Numbered from the stretch's first letter, positions 20,144 to 30,174 are shown. The stretch is DNA of 64,000 nucleotides from an uncultured Oscillospiraceae bacterium (GCA_964385605.1 CAYLPQ010000001.1:77896-141895), one strand, 5' to 3'. Translations and numbers: made by a program. The notes: generated by a model from the letters alone, not told the origin.

Positions 20144-21025
20144 CTATTTAATTTCCCAGCCATTTTCACTATTTAAAAGACGCATTATAACAGGACGTTC
20201 ATCCTGCACAGGCTCGTTGGGCTTGTGCATAATAAAATACTCATTACCGCAAATATCCTCAAATATCATTCCGTGTCCGCCATTTTTATCCGAAACAGGA
20301 TTTTGAAGAACTTGCCAGTTTCCGTCTATATCCCCATTGTCGCTTTTTGCGATAAGCTCTGCATATCCGCTCCGGGTAAAGCTGGACCACAGGCAATATA
20401 ACTCACCATCTGTATTTCGTTTTAAAAACGGTCCGTCAGTAACAAAAGCAATCTCGTTTTCTCTTACGGTTTTTACACCTTTAAAATCAGATGCTTTCCA
20501 CAGTGTTTTGGGGACAGAAACGACTTCAGTCAAATCTGCCGAAAGCTGCACTTCACAGATTTCTCCGTCACCTGTCTGCAACCATTCATGACAAAAAACA
20601 ATGTGAGGGGCACCCTTTTTGTCAATATACAGAGTCCCATCAAGACATTCCCAATCGCGAGGAGTTACCGGGCAGTCTGATACCGGCACAAAATTGCCGT
20701 CAGGTGTATCAGAAACAAGAATATGCGTACCACGGCACTCTTTTTCTGACTTAAACGTGGCGAACATATAAAATTTTCCGTTGTAAAAATACACTTCCGG
20801 CGCCCAGAAATCCATGGTTCCCCAGAAACCATCTTGTTTCTCAAAAACGGATTTTGGTTCGTTCCAGTTTTTCAGGTCCTTGCTTACATAAACATCAAAC
20901 CCGGTTTGTTCACCCCATGGTTTTTCTTTTGTCGGCATGCCTACTCTTGAACCGTACATATAATATTTATTTTCCCACAACAAAATAAAAGGATCTCTTA
21001 TATTTATTTTTTCAAGTTTCATCAT
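20144..21025 (-). CDS. GH43-family glycoside hydrolase (beta-xylosidase/arabinofuranosidase-like five-bladed propeller)
   Basis: The N-terminal IRDPFILLWENKYYMYGS has the catalytic Asp motif. Internal WAPE and FYMFAT blocks are also present. The protein is cytoplasmic. Confidence 0.7.
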   Translation of the reverse strand: MMKLEKINIRDPFILLWENKYYMYGSRVGMPTKEKPWGEQTGFDVYVSKDLKNWNEPKSVFEKQDGFWGTMDFWAPEVYFYNGKFYMFATFKSEKECRGTHILVSDTPDGNFVPVSDCPVTPRDWECLDGTLYIDKKGAPHIVFCHEWLQTGDGEICEVQLSADLTEVVSVPKTLWKASDFKGVKTVRENEIAFVTDGPFLKRNTDGELYCLWSSFTRSGYAELIAKSDNGDIDGNWQVLQNPVSDKNGGHGMIFEDICGNEYFIMHKPNEPVQDERPVIMRLLNSENGWEIK

Positions 21026-23129
21026 AAACCTCTTTTGTAAGATTATGCTTTATTCCTTCTTTCAGTGCATTTATCTCGAAGTTCAGCAGATACTCCATCT
21101 GACGTATTTTCCATTTAATATGCTCCTCGTCTCCCAGATATTCCATCGATGGCTCCCATCCTAACCGTGAGTTTTTCTGAACAAGAGGAATGGCAGATTT
21201 TGCATTATCAATTTCAAGCAAGGCAATTTTCTCAAGTTCTTTAATGTACTTATTAATTACATTCGGATCATCCGAAGAATAGAGCCTTGTTCGCGCAACT
21301 GTATAGGTCTTTACATTTATTACACTACGGACAGTACACGCAATGAATTTTCCCAATTCAATAAGCTCCTCTAGTTCATCATTACATAACTCTATGCTTT
21401 CAAGAATATTAATTCCTTTCAGCAAATGATGCTCTAACACCTCAAAGGATTTTATTTCACGGTGTATTCTTATAGGAGAAACACTGATTTGGGTATTGCT
21501 GTCAAAGAAAGGATAATATGCTGAAGTTAAAATGCCTGTACCAAAATGTGCGTAATCAGCCTGCGGCGGTTTTATTTCACGATGCATACAGAACGGATAT
21601 GCCGGACCTATTCTGAATGCTCCGTATTGATCATCACACACTGCTATATAATGAGTAATTGCCTCACTCCATTCAAGCATTGCTTCATTAACTTTTTCAA
21701 CATTTTCTTCTCCGTATAAATTGCCAAGAAGTTCCTTTAAAATATTCTTTCTCGGCTTATCTGAAATTGTAAAACTCCATTTTGCAAACTCACTGATAAA
21801 TGATGGGTAAAATCCGTAATGATGTGACTCCATTAATCCGCATAAGCCGTATTCTTCTCTGCATTCAAGCAGTGCATCATATCTTTTTTGCCATTGATAT
21901 GGGAACGGCTCGTAGGGGATTACACCAAAATCCCATGTAAGACCTGCCGTATTTGCCATAGCATAAAGTCGAATGCCGTTCTCCTTTGCTGCTTTTGCCT
22001 CTGACAAGAAGCACTTTCCCGGTCCTGTTAACGACAATGTGTAATCCGACACATTTTCCATAACTCCGTTTTTTTCATAAATCTCACTCTTTTCAAAGGT
22101 TGCAAGAAGAGAAATATCCTCTGGCAAAGATTCTATGAGCTTTATGCGATCTATTTCGGGTGCGCCTCCCCAGTTATAGGTCCAGAATACAATGTCCGCC
22201 TCACTATTGTATTTTCTGATGACCTTTTTCAATAGATTCAACCAATCCGGGTAATCACAGCAAGGCCACCAGCCGGGATGCGTTTTTAAGTTTGGAATTC
22301 CGTCAGGACTTTTTCTTGAAATGCTTCCTGTAGTATTCGGGTCGTGACTTGGAAACGCAACTGATTCACCTACTAAAACAACACCCTTCAAGCCGGGACA
22401 TTCACGGAAAAGCTTACCGTAACTCCCATCATAATAATCATATGCCCCTTCATCATCCGGATGCATTTCACTTTTTAAATAGCTGTACGCATAAACGTCT
22501 ATGCCGTATTTAGCCGCTCTGCAAACTAACTCATTAAAGTCAAGAAACCCGTATGTTGTCATATTAGAGCCTTTTGTAAAAACCAAAATGGCATCCATCC
22601 CTGCGTGAGCAATATCACGCAAGTGACAATCTGGGAATTGGTCAATTCCATAGCCGGAATGGACCATTCTTGGAGAAAATGCAGCTTTACATTCTATAGT
22701 TTCTTTTTTAAGGAAAGGCGCTTTACGCAGTGTCATCATATCCTCCATACGGTACAATGCCTGTGCAACACCTCTTTCATCATGGGCTAAAACTTTTATG
22801 CTTTCTTCCACGGACAAACGGTATCCCATATAACCGTTACCTGTAGTCAATTGCTGTTCTTTATCAAAATCTATGCTGATAACTTTTTTGCCGGTTTCTT
22901 TTTTGCGCGCTATCATAACAGACACATTCATCGAAATGAGCATATACTCCTGAAAATCTTTTGCAGCCGTAAGAACGACATCACTGTCTGTTTGCGAGAT
23001 GTCAATTACAAACCCGTCTGTGATTACAAGTTCATCCTCACCGGGCATTATAGATACATTAACTATATCTTTTTTATGAATTTGCATCATTCTCTTTCTG
23101 AATTCATAATTTTTTTCGAGTTTTCTCAT
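21012..23129 (-). CDS. uncharacterised cytoplasmic 705-aa protein, putative glycoside hydrolase or phosphorylase (paralog of 12245..14326)
   Basis: It shares the same conserved blocks as ORF 12245..14326, for example GWWPCCDYPDWL, DIVFWTYNWG and GLCGLMESHHYGFYPSFI. There is no signal peptide. Confidence 0.5.
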   Translation of the reverse strand: MRKLEKNYEFRKRMMQIHKKDIVNVSIMPGEDELVITDGFVIDISQTDSDVVLTAAKDFQEYMLISMNVSVMIARKKETGKKVISIDFDKEQQLTTGNGYMGYRLSVEESIKVLAHDERGVAQALYRMEDMMTLRKAPFLKKETIECKAAFSPRMVHSGYGIDQFPDCHLRDIAHAGMDAILVFTKGSNMTTYGFLDFNELVCRAAKYGIDVYAYSYLKSEMHPDDEGAYDYYDGSYGKLFRECPGLKGVVLVGESVAFPSHDPNTTGSISRKSPDGIPNLKTHPGWWPCCDYPDWLNLLKKVIRKYNSEADIVFWTYNWGGAPEIDRIKLIESLPEDISLLATFEKSEIYEKNGVMENVSDYTLSLTGPGKCFLSEAKAAKENGIRLYAMANTAGLTWDFGVIPYEPFPYQWQKRYDALLECREEYGLCGLMESHHYGFYPSFISEFAKWSFTISDKPRKNILKELLGNLYGEENVEKVNEAMLEWSEAITHYIAVCDDQYGAFRIGPAYPFCMHREIKPPQADYAHFGTGILTSAYYPFFDSNTQISVSPIRIHREIKSFEVLEHHLLKGINILESIELCNDELEELIELGKFIACTVRSVINVKTYTVARTRLYSSDDPNVINKYIKELEKIALLEIDNAKSAIPLVQKNSRLGWEPSMEYLGDEEHIKWKIRQMEYLLNFEINALKEGIKHNLTKEVYDET

Positions 23130-23185
23130 AGTATTATCCCCTTAATCTGTTATGCCACTTCGCATATTCTCTCCTGAAATAAAGT

Positions 23186-25279
23186 TTAATTTTCATTAAG
23201 CATATTCATTACTTCAACTCCGGCACTTAATACAACACCTACACCGTGATCGTCATTTTCTATGGTATCAAGCTGCATATAATACTTTTCTTCCATATTA
23301 CAGCCTGAACCCATACATATTCCGTATACATTGCCTTTTTCGTCAATGCAGTTTCTGCATAATGATTTCCACGCATCATTTATTTCTTCTTTATATTCAG
23401 AAGATATCCAGCCGTTTACAATCCCTCTTGCAAGTGCTGTAATAAACATTGCACTGCCACTTGTTTCAATGTAGCTATCGGGGTTATCTATCACCTGGTG
23501 CCATATGCCTTTTTCTTTGTCACGGTATTTAAGAACACCCCGGGCAAACTTCTGAAAAACTGAAAGTATTTCTTCCCGCCCGTGATAATCTTCCGGCAAA
23601 AGCAGGAGCACCTCGGAAAGAGCAAGCAAAACCCATCCATTTCCTCTGCCCCATGGTACACGGTTAGCTTTATCTTCTTCCACGAAGAATATATGGGAAA
23701 ACAAATCCTTATCCTCCATATAAAGCCGCTTGTAAAACCCTCTTATCTGGATAAGAATATCATCAAAATAACATTCATTACCGCTTATCGCACCAAGACG
23801 AGCCATAAACGGAAGACACATATACATATCATCTGTCCACATAGTTTTTATGCGGTAAAATGTTCCGTCGGAGAATCTTGGTATTTTGTACGTAAGAACA
23901 TCACCAAGGATATTAAACAGATTCTCTGCATTGGAATCATTGGACATCATATAATATTCCGCAACATTTGTACCAATCGTTCCTATTGCGTCAAGACTTT
24001 TTATTCTTCCTCCGGTTGCAAGATATGATGCATATCCCGAACGTTCATTATCAACCGCACCATAATCACGGTGCAGGCAAAGAAGTTTCATACTTTCCGA
24101 AAAATATTGGTCAAAATCCTTTTTGCCAAGCTTCTGCGCGGCTTGCTTCATACCATAGAGTCCCACCATAATCGCATAAAACCATTTTCCGTAAAATGCA
24201 CTGTGAAGATATTGCCGAAGGTAAGTATTTTCCCTGTAAAAATTCCAGTACACACTTCCTCCCCAGGCCGTAGCATAAGGCTTAATAAATCCAAGTTCTG
24301 TTTCCGGTCCGTAGGGATAATCTACATTCTCTCCTTTTCTTCCGAAAGGACCTATCCATATCCACTGCAAATCAGGACAGTCAGCTCCGTCTATAAATGG
24401 AAGGCTGTGCTCGCCGGAAGTTTCAGCCGTAAAGCCCCACACATCTTCCTGGCGTGTGCTTTTTATCAAAAGCGGTGTATCACAGTTAAAGTTCTCTTCA
24501 AAAGCTCCGTTTTCAGAGTTATATATAATCTTATCCCCTGAAAAAACTTTAAGAGGATTTTTATGTTCAATTTTGATTTTTCCTTTTACACAGGTATAGG
24601 CATAAGCTGTGTAACCGTTTTTACACAATTTGGTAAAATCAAAAGTTTTTATATTGCTTTGAGGTGGTAAAACCGGATATACCCATTCAATTTCTTTAAT
24701 ATTCGGTTCTTTCTCTCCATTTTTATAAAGGCGGGAAAACTCAAGCAATTCCTGAAGCCTGTACCCCCTTTTTTTTACGTACTGCCAGGTGCAGTAAGCA
24801 TAGTCTCCGCCCGTTCCATATCTTAATTTGGGAACAAGAGGGAAAACATATACCGAAAAGTTTTCTTTCTCTGCAACTGCTTTTACAACTAGACGGTTCT
24901 CGCCTTTTTTGAAAGTTACGTATGTATCAAGAGTGTTATTGGGGCCGGTAGAAAGTATCTTTTCCTTTCCGTTAAAATACACCTTCGCTTCTGCACAACC
25001 TCTTATATTTATGAGTATTTCCCTTTCGTGGAGTCCTTCAAGGTAAGTTGATATATAAGCATAATCACCCTTATTATAACCGGGATAAACTTTTCCAAAA
25101 TCAACACCGGGTTTGTTTGACATATCAACATATTCATCATTTCGATACGGTCTGTATGATACCTTTGATTTCGGTCTGTATTTCAATGCATTCTCAAAAA
25201 TCTGATTGACAATTTCTCTGTTAGTTTTATGTTTTTCATTTATTGAATGTTCAACATATGTTCCCATAAATATCACCAT
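23186..25279 (-). CDS. GH88/GH105-like unsaturated uronyl hydrolase domain with a ~330-aa N-terminal extension
   Basis: The C-terminal half contains ANRVPWGRGNGWVLLALSEVLLLL, the GH88/GH105 (alpha/alpha)6 signature. It is a paralog of ORF 58510..60669. The track start is TTG; the ATG at 25277-25279 or the next ATG (MGTYVEH) is more likely. Confidence 0.65.
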   Translation of the reverse strand: MVIFMGTYVEHSINEKHKTNREIVNQIFENALKYRPKSKVSYRPYRNDEYVDMSNKPGVDFGKVYPGYNKGDYAYISTYLEGLHEREILINIRGCAEAKVYFNGKEKILSTGPNNTLDTYVTFKKGENRLVVKAVAEKENFSVYVFPLVPKLRYGTGGDYAYCTWQYVKKRGYRLQELLEFSRLYKNGEKEPNIKEIEWVYPVLPPQSNIKTFDFTKLCKNGYTAYAYTCVKGKIKIEHKNPLKVFSGDKIIYNSENGAFEENFNCDTPLLIKSTRQEDVWGFTAETSGEHSLPFIDGADCPDLQWIWIGPFGRKGENVDYPYGPETELGFIKPYATAWGGSVYWNFYRENTYLRQYLHSAFYGKWFYAIMVGLYGMKQAAQKLGKKDFDQYFSESMKLLCLHRDYGAVDNERSGYASYLATGGRIKSLDAIGTIGTNVAEYYMMSNDSNAENLFNILGDVLTYKIPRFSDGTFYRIKTMWTDDMYMCLPFMARLGAISGNECYFDDILIQIRGFYKRLYMEDKDLFSHIFFVEEDKANRVPWGRGNGWVLLALSEVLLLLPEDYHGREEILSVFQKFARGVLKYRDKEKGIWHQVIDNPDSYIETSGSAMFITALARGIVNGWISSEYKEEINDAWKSLCRNCIDEKGNVYGICMGSGCNMEEKYYMQLDTIENDDHGVGVVLSAGVEVMNMLNEN

Positions 25280-25352
25280 AGACAAGAATACAACACATTT
25301 TTCTTTATTTCCTTAAATTTGTTGTTCAAATAGAATAAAACAAGAAAATATT

Positions 25353-25380
25353 GTTGTATTTTTTATATTTTATGGTATAA
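25353..25380 (+). promoter_or_regulatory. sigma-A promoter of the AraC gene (TTGTAT, 16-nt spacer, TGgTATAAT extended -10)
   Basis: The -35 and -10 elements can be read directly. GAGGTG lies 7 nt before the ATG. The region overlaps the conserved 23-nt motif at 25335..25357. Confidence 0.65.
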
Positions 25381-25399
25381 TATCTTTGAGGTGATAAAA

Positions 25400-26209
25400 A
25401 TGCTGTTAAAACCGATTGAAGTTCCTCTTTTTGAAAAGAAATCCATTGAGGGGCGCCGTAAGATGCCCAAAGCACATTTTCATGATAAGCACGAGCTTTA
25501 TTACCTTGAAGAAGGACAGACAAAATATTTCATTGATACAGAAATATTTATCCTTGAGCCAGGCGATATGATTTTTATACCGAAAAATACACTTCATCGT
25601 ACAGAAAGCCTTGAATCAGAATCTGTCAGCCGTTCAATTCTTTATTTTAACGACTTTGATTTTGAGGATGAGCTTGCACCTTTTATTGAAAAACTTAAGC
25701 CCAGAAGGCTTATTAAAATCCAGCACAAAAAAATGCACTATATCCGTGGTCTTCTTGCCGAAATTGCCGAAGAAGAAGAAAAAAAGAAAGACGGATACCG
25801 TCAGATGCAGATGCTTTTCCTTAAACAGCTTGTTGTTATGATAGAAAGATATTGTATTGATAATGTTGAAAACAACATCAGTTCTTCGTACAGAGTTGCT
25901 GAAAACATTTCGAAATATATCAGGGAACATTACAACGAAAATTTAAGTCTTGCACACCTTTCCCGCGAATTTGCGATGACACCGTCGTATCTGTCAAGAA
26001 TTTTTAAGAAAAGCACCGGCATCAGCCTTAACGAATATATAAACATTGTAAGAATTACAGAGGCGGAAAAGCTTCTGAAAAATCCGGATATTTCTATAAC
26101 AGAGGTAGCTTTTGAGTGCGGTTTCAATGACAGCAATTACTTTTCATCCGTTTTCAAAAAAGCAAAAGGAATTACACCGAAAAAATTCTCAAAAATGAAT
26201 ATGGCATAA
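25400..26209 (+). CDS. AraC-family transcriptional regulator (cupin-like ligand domain + HTH_AraC)
   Basis: The C-terminus LAHLSREFAMTPSYLSRIFKKSTGISLNEYINIVRITEAEKLLKNPDISITEVAFECGFNDSNYFSSVFKKAKGITPKKF is the AraC signature. The track start is GTG at 25391; I prefer the ATG nine nucleotides downstream, which has GAGGTG. It is the only plus-strand gene in the window. Confidence 0.85.
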   Translation: MLLKPIEVPLFEKKSIEGRRKMPKAHFHDKHELYYLEEGQTKYFIDTEIFILEPGDMIFIPKNTLHRTESLESESVSRSILYFNDFDFEDELAPFIEKLKPRRLIKIQHKKMHYIRGLLAEIAEEEEKKKDGYRQMQMLFLKQLVVMIERYCIDNVENNISSSYRVAENISKYIREHYNENLSLAHLSREFAMTPSYLSRIFKKSTGISLNEYINIVRITEAEKLLKNPDISITEVAFECGFNDSNYFSSVFKKAKGITPKKFSKMNMA

Positions 26210-26252
26210 AAAGAAAAGAAAGGACATTGCAGTTTTTGCAAATGTCCTTTCT
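26208..26252. terminator. bidirectional hairpin between the convergent AraC (+) and secreted-protein (-) genes
   Basis: A 10-bp stem AAAGGACATT / AATGTCCTTT is flanked by an A-rich 5' side and a T-rich 3' side. On the minus strand it is followed by CTTTTCTTTTT. Confidence 0.55.
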
Positions 26253-26298
26253 TAATATATAAGCTCATGGCAAGTTCACATCGCTTTAATTGCGTAAA

Positions 26299-28848
26299 TT
26301 AATCGCAAAGTTCGTCATTCATAAATGCAACAGGTGAAATACCGTCTGCACCTATTACAAAAATCTTAATCTGGTCTACTCCGGTATTTGAGTAGGGATG
26401 CTGTGTAGACATATTCTTAAGAAGACCTGTATCTGCCACAAAATTCTCATTATCAGTAAGACTGATTGTTTTTACAAGGATAAGTTTTCCTTCAAGATAC
26501 TGTGCAACTACAATCTTTTCAGTGCCTGTGATACCTTCAAGCCAAAGTCCGTTGAAAGCACTTTTTCCGTTAAGTCCAAGCCCGCGGATAGATGCTGGAG
26601 CAAGTCTTTTTGTAAAAGTCTTTGACTCTGTAACTGTACCGTCAGCACTTGTAGCAGTGATTGTAAATTCAACTGTCTCGGGACTGTCAACGTCGATTGC
26701 TGTTACAGTCTCACCATTGACTTTGTACGTGATTGATGGACCGTCTGTCTGAAGAGTATATCTTGCAGGATTGTTATGAACATCTGTCTCATCCGTGTAG
26801 AAGTCAGAATTGTTATTAATCCATGACTTACTGATAGTCTTTTCAACAAGAGCTCTGTTGGTAAGTGTAGGATGAATTACATCTGAAGCATAGAGAACTG
26901 CTGCTGCGTTAAGAGCTGCATTTACTTCTGCTACATTTGCATCACTGAAGCTGCGGAGAGTTACGTTATCAAGCCATACATCGCCTGCAGCACTTGATAC
27001 CGTTGAAATACCACGAACTGTAGCGCTGGTTGTATTCGTCTTATAAGCATTTCTTCTTACAATGGGATGTGGTGTAACAAGAATACCGTCTGCGTAAACT
27101 TCGTATGTCTGCGACATGATGTTGAAGTCAAATACAACATTTATCCACTCACCTTCCTTATCCTGAAGAAATTCGGGCATAGGAAGCCAAAGTGTATCTA
27201 TATCATTACTTCTTAATCCGGTACCTGATTCATTTGCTACTGATTTTGTTGTACCAAAACCAATCTGTTTTGATTCAAAGTTAAATACAAGGAAACAGGA
27301 ATCTGCGCCCTGAATACCGGCAACCTGAACACCGCCATAGTTTGAGGTTGCTTCCTTGTCGTGGCGATATTTAACGTCTGCACTTGCAAGAACTCTGTCT
27401 GCAAATCCAGCGCCGGAGGCACCTGAACCTGCGCTAAGTGTACCGCTGCCTGCGGGAGCATTTTTGTGAAGAACAGTTGCATGAGCAGGATTTTCGTCAG
27501 TAACGTAACCTGTCTCACCTGCCTTGTCTTCAAAATCAATTCTTGAAAGGTTTGTTGTGCCTTCCTGTGCTACCTGAAGGTAGTAGGGAATTGTTTCAAC
27601 AACTTCGCCTGCTGTGATTGTAGCAGTGAAGGTAACGTTTTTCGGAATAAATGAATTTACAGCAGTTACCTTACCATCGTTTGTGATAACAGATGTATCG
27701 CTTGATTCATATGCAATTGTAACATTAGCTGATTCTGCAGGAGATGCTACAAGGTTAAGGTCGCTGTCAACACCAACAAGCTTTCCGTCAGAGGTGAGCT
27801 GATTTGCAAGAACAAGATTTTTGTAATAATCTGCTCTTTCCTGATCGGGGAGTGAGCCGATTACACCGTCTGCAGTAGATTCTGCATAAACATAGATATC
27901 ATCAACAAAGATGTGAGCAGTTGTTACTCTGAAGGGGAATGTAACCTTAACTGCCTTGTCAGATGTAAAATCAGGAACGTATGTCTTTGATGCATCGTAT
28001 GTAACATATTCTGTAAGCAAACCGTCCTGATAGTATTCAACCTTGCCAAGCTCTTTGTCAATTCTTATTGTAAGGTCAACAAAGTCTGTTCCGGGAACTG
28101 ATGTATTACGGCTGTTATTTACCGCAGTACCTCTTGTATGCCATGGATTAGCGGTCAAAAGGGCACCACCGTAAACTTTTCCTGCCCAACCGGCGCTACC
28201 AAGCATAAATTCGCCGGCTTTTGTGCCGCCCCAACTAATGTTCATGTTAAGACCTGAATGGGTTGTAGCCTTTACAGGAGCATAAACCTTTGCCTTCATA
28301 ACATAGTAACGTGCATTCTGAATTCCGGGGGCTTTGTTCATAGTGTAAACGAAAGCATCACCTGTAGCAGGAGCTGATGTATCACCATCGTTGTTCTTAA
28401 AGCCGAGCTTTGCATAGCTGTTGGTACCGTCCACAACATATTCGGCAGCAAATGTACCTGCACTGCTTGTTGCTACTGTCCAACCCTGATCTGTGCCGAT
28501 TGCATCGCCATTTTCAAGGTCATAATCCTCAAAAGTAACGATTTCGCTGACCCCAACGATTGTCTGGGGCTGTACCTTTACAGTAAAGCTTGTGCCGTTT
28601 ACTGTAAGAGTAACCTCCTCTACATCAAAAAGTGAACGGGTAACTGTACCATCAAGAGCAATTACAGCCTCGTTCGATGAAGTAACCGTTGCACCTTCAG
28701 GGAAAGTGAGGTTACCTGTGATAAATTCGGGAACCTGACCGTTTGAAATATCCTCAAACAAAACAGCTTCGCCTTCTGCCATTACAGTAAATGCACACAT
28801 TGAAAGTGCCATCATCATTGCAAGACAGAGTGCCATAAATTTTTTCAT
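26299..28848 (-). CDS. secreted 849-aa protein with ConA/LamG-like and Ig-like beta-rich domains (function unknown)
   Basis: The signal peptide is MKKFMALCLAMMMALSMCAFTVMA. It is beta-rich with two regions that look like LamG/ConA-like lectin folds. It has no SLH or catalytic motif I can name. Confidence 0.5.
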   Translation of the reverse strand: MKKFMALCLAMMMALSMCAFTVMAEGEAVLFEDISNGQVPEFITGNLTFPEGATVTSSNEAVIALDGTVTRSLFDVEEVTLTVNGTSFTVKVQPQTIVGVSEIVTFEDYDLENGDAIGTDQGWTVATSSAGTFAAEYVVDGTNSYAKLGFKNNDGDTSAPATGDAFVYTMNKAPGIQNARYYVMKAKVYAPVKATTHSGLNMNISWGGTKAGEFMLGSAGWAGKVYGGALLTANPWHTRGTAVNNSRNTSVPGTDFVDLTIRIDKELGKVEYYQDGLLTEYVTYDASKTYVPDFTSDKAVKVTFPFRVTTAHIFVDDIYVYAESTADGVIGSLPDQERADYYKNLVLANQLTSDGKLVGVDSDLNLVASPAESANVTIAYESSDTSVITNDGKVTAVNSFIPKNVTFTATITAGEVVETIPYYLQVAQEGTTNLSRIDFEDKAGETGYVTDENPAHATVLHKNAPAGSGTLSAGSGASGAGFADRVLASADVKYRHDKEATSNYGGVQVAGIQGADSCFLVFNFESKQIGFGTTKSVANESGTGLRSNDIDTLWLPMPEFLQDKEGEWINVVFDFNIMSQTYEVYADGILVTPHPIVRRNAYKTNTTSATVRGISTVSSAAGDVWLDNVTLRSFSDANVAEVNAALNAAAVLYASDVIHPTLTNRALVEKTISKSWINNNSDFYTDETDVHNNPARYTLQTDGPSITYKVNGETVTAIDVDSPETVEFTITATSADGTVTESKTFTKRLAPASIRGLGLNGKSAFNGLWLEGITGTEKIVVAQYLEGKLILVKTISLTDNENFVADTGLLKNMSTQHPYSNTGVDQIKIFVIGADGISPVAFMNDELCD

Positions 28849-28986
28849 AATGATTTCCTCCTTATATTATATTTTTCAATTATATTCTACAACACAGTTT
28901 TTGTCTTAACCTTGATTTTTTAACACAAATCAAGGTAAAACACGAAAATATTGCTGTATTAATTTACTTTTCTTTATAAAATGCCT

Positions 28987-30096
28987 TTATAGTTGATACG
29001 TTTTCAAGGGCAAGCTCATTCCTCTTGCGGCATTAGCTTTTACTTCCTCCGGAAGCCATACCGGAAAGTCTTTTACAAGGCAGCTTTTTAACTCACCACT
29101 TTTGTATCCATCAAGAATATCCTCGCAATAGCGCAGTGATTTTTCCTTGTCTGTTATTCTTGGAGTTTCTCCGAAAGCCTTTATAAAGCTGTTAATGTAA
29201 ATATCCATAACAACATTCCCGGGAAGACGTGCAGGATTAATGACAACATTTTCGCCGTAAATTTCAGGATTAAGGTCATAATAGACCGCGGTGAAGGGTT
29301 CACTTTCTTCAAGGAACTTACGGACAGGGGAATGCCTTGTTACAATTTCAAAGTCATCATCCTCTTCAAAACGGCAGTTATATGTATCTGTGCCATAGAT
29401 AACCCTGTCGCTGAACTTTGTGAAAAATTCGTTCCAACCTTCAAGGTCATCTGAAAATCTGATTATAAAATCACCGCCGAGGGCAAGGTCAACTGAAACT
29501 CCGGGATAAGTATCCATAATCTGTTCAAGATGTTTTCTGTCATGCGCCATATTGAACATATGAGCAAATGTAACACGAAGACGGGGATGCCGTTTTAAGA
29601 CATTCAGCATTTCATTCTGAATCACATCTCTCGCCTTTGTGTTTTCACTGTCGGGAAAAGCTACAAAATGACCTATATGCATTACAACCGGAAACTGGGT
29701 CTCTTCCAGAAATGCAAACATTGGCTCATATTTTTCACTGTCAAACTTGCAATTAAAAAGTTCGTGATAGTCTGTCTTTCCTTCAAGGATTTTTATCCCG
29801 TCAAAACCAAGGTCATAATAGAGCTTCACCTGACGGAGAAATTCATCGGCATTATCCCTTTTGTCACCGTGGTGAACAATCGCCGCAAAAGCAAACACAT
29901 TCTCTCCCATCTTATCTTTAAGATAAAGAGCCTTAAGATTCGAGGTGTTATCAATTCCCAGGTCGCCTGCGTATTCGTATGAAAGCACTGCGATTTTATC
30001 AAGATTAAGATACTCTACTTCTTTTTTCACGAGCAGCAATGTTTCTTCAATAGGACGATGAAAAGCAATATGCCAATGACCATCATTGATTTTCAC
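28987..30096 (-). CDS. metal-dependent TIM-barrel hydrolase, amidohydrolase-2-like (possible sugar lactonase)
   Basis: The N-terminal DGHWHIAFH and internal HHGD and MHIGHF histidine clusters are present. The protein is cytoplasmic. The assignment is tentative. Confidence 0.4.
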   Translation of the reverse strand: MKINDGHWHIAFHRPIEETLLLVKKEVEYLNLDKIAVLSYEYAGDLGIDNTSNLKALYLKDKMGENVFAFAAIVHHGDKRDNADEFLRQVKLYYDLGFDGIKILEGKTDYHELFNCKFDSEKYEPMFAFLEETQFPVVMHIGHFVAFPDSENTKARDVIQNEMLNVLKRHPRLRVTFAHMFNMAHDRKHLEQIMDTYPGVSVDLALGGDFIIRFSDDLEGWNEFFTKFSDRVIYGTDTYNCRFEEDDDFEIVTRHSPVRKFLEESEPFTAVYYDLNPEIYGENVVINPARLPGNVVMDIYINSFIKAFGETPRITDKEKSLRYCEDILDGYKSGELKSCLVKDFPVWLPEEVKANAARGMSLPLKTYQL

Positions 30097-30174
30097 ATTT
30101 GAAAATCCATTTTTTTTCTATATATTTACTCATATTTGTACCCCCTGTAAAGTGGAGATGCTGAAACTACGTTT

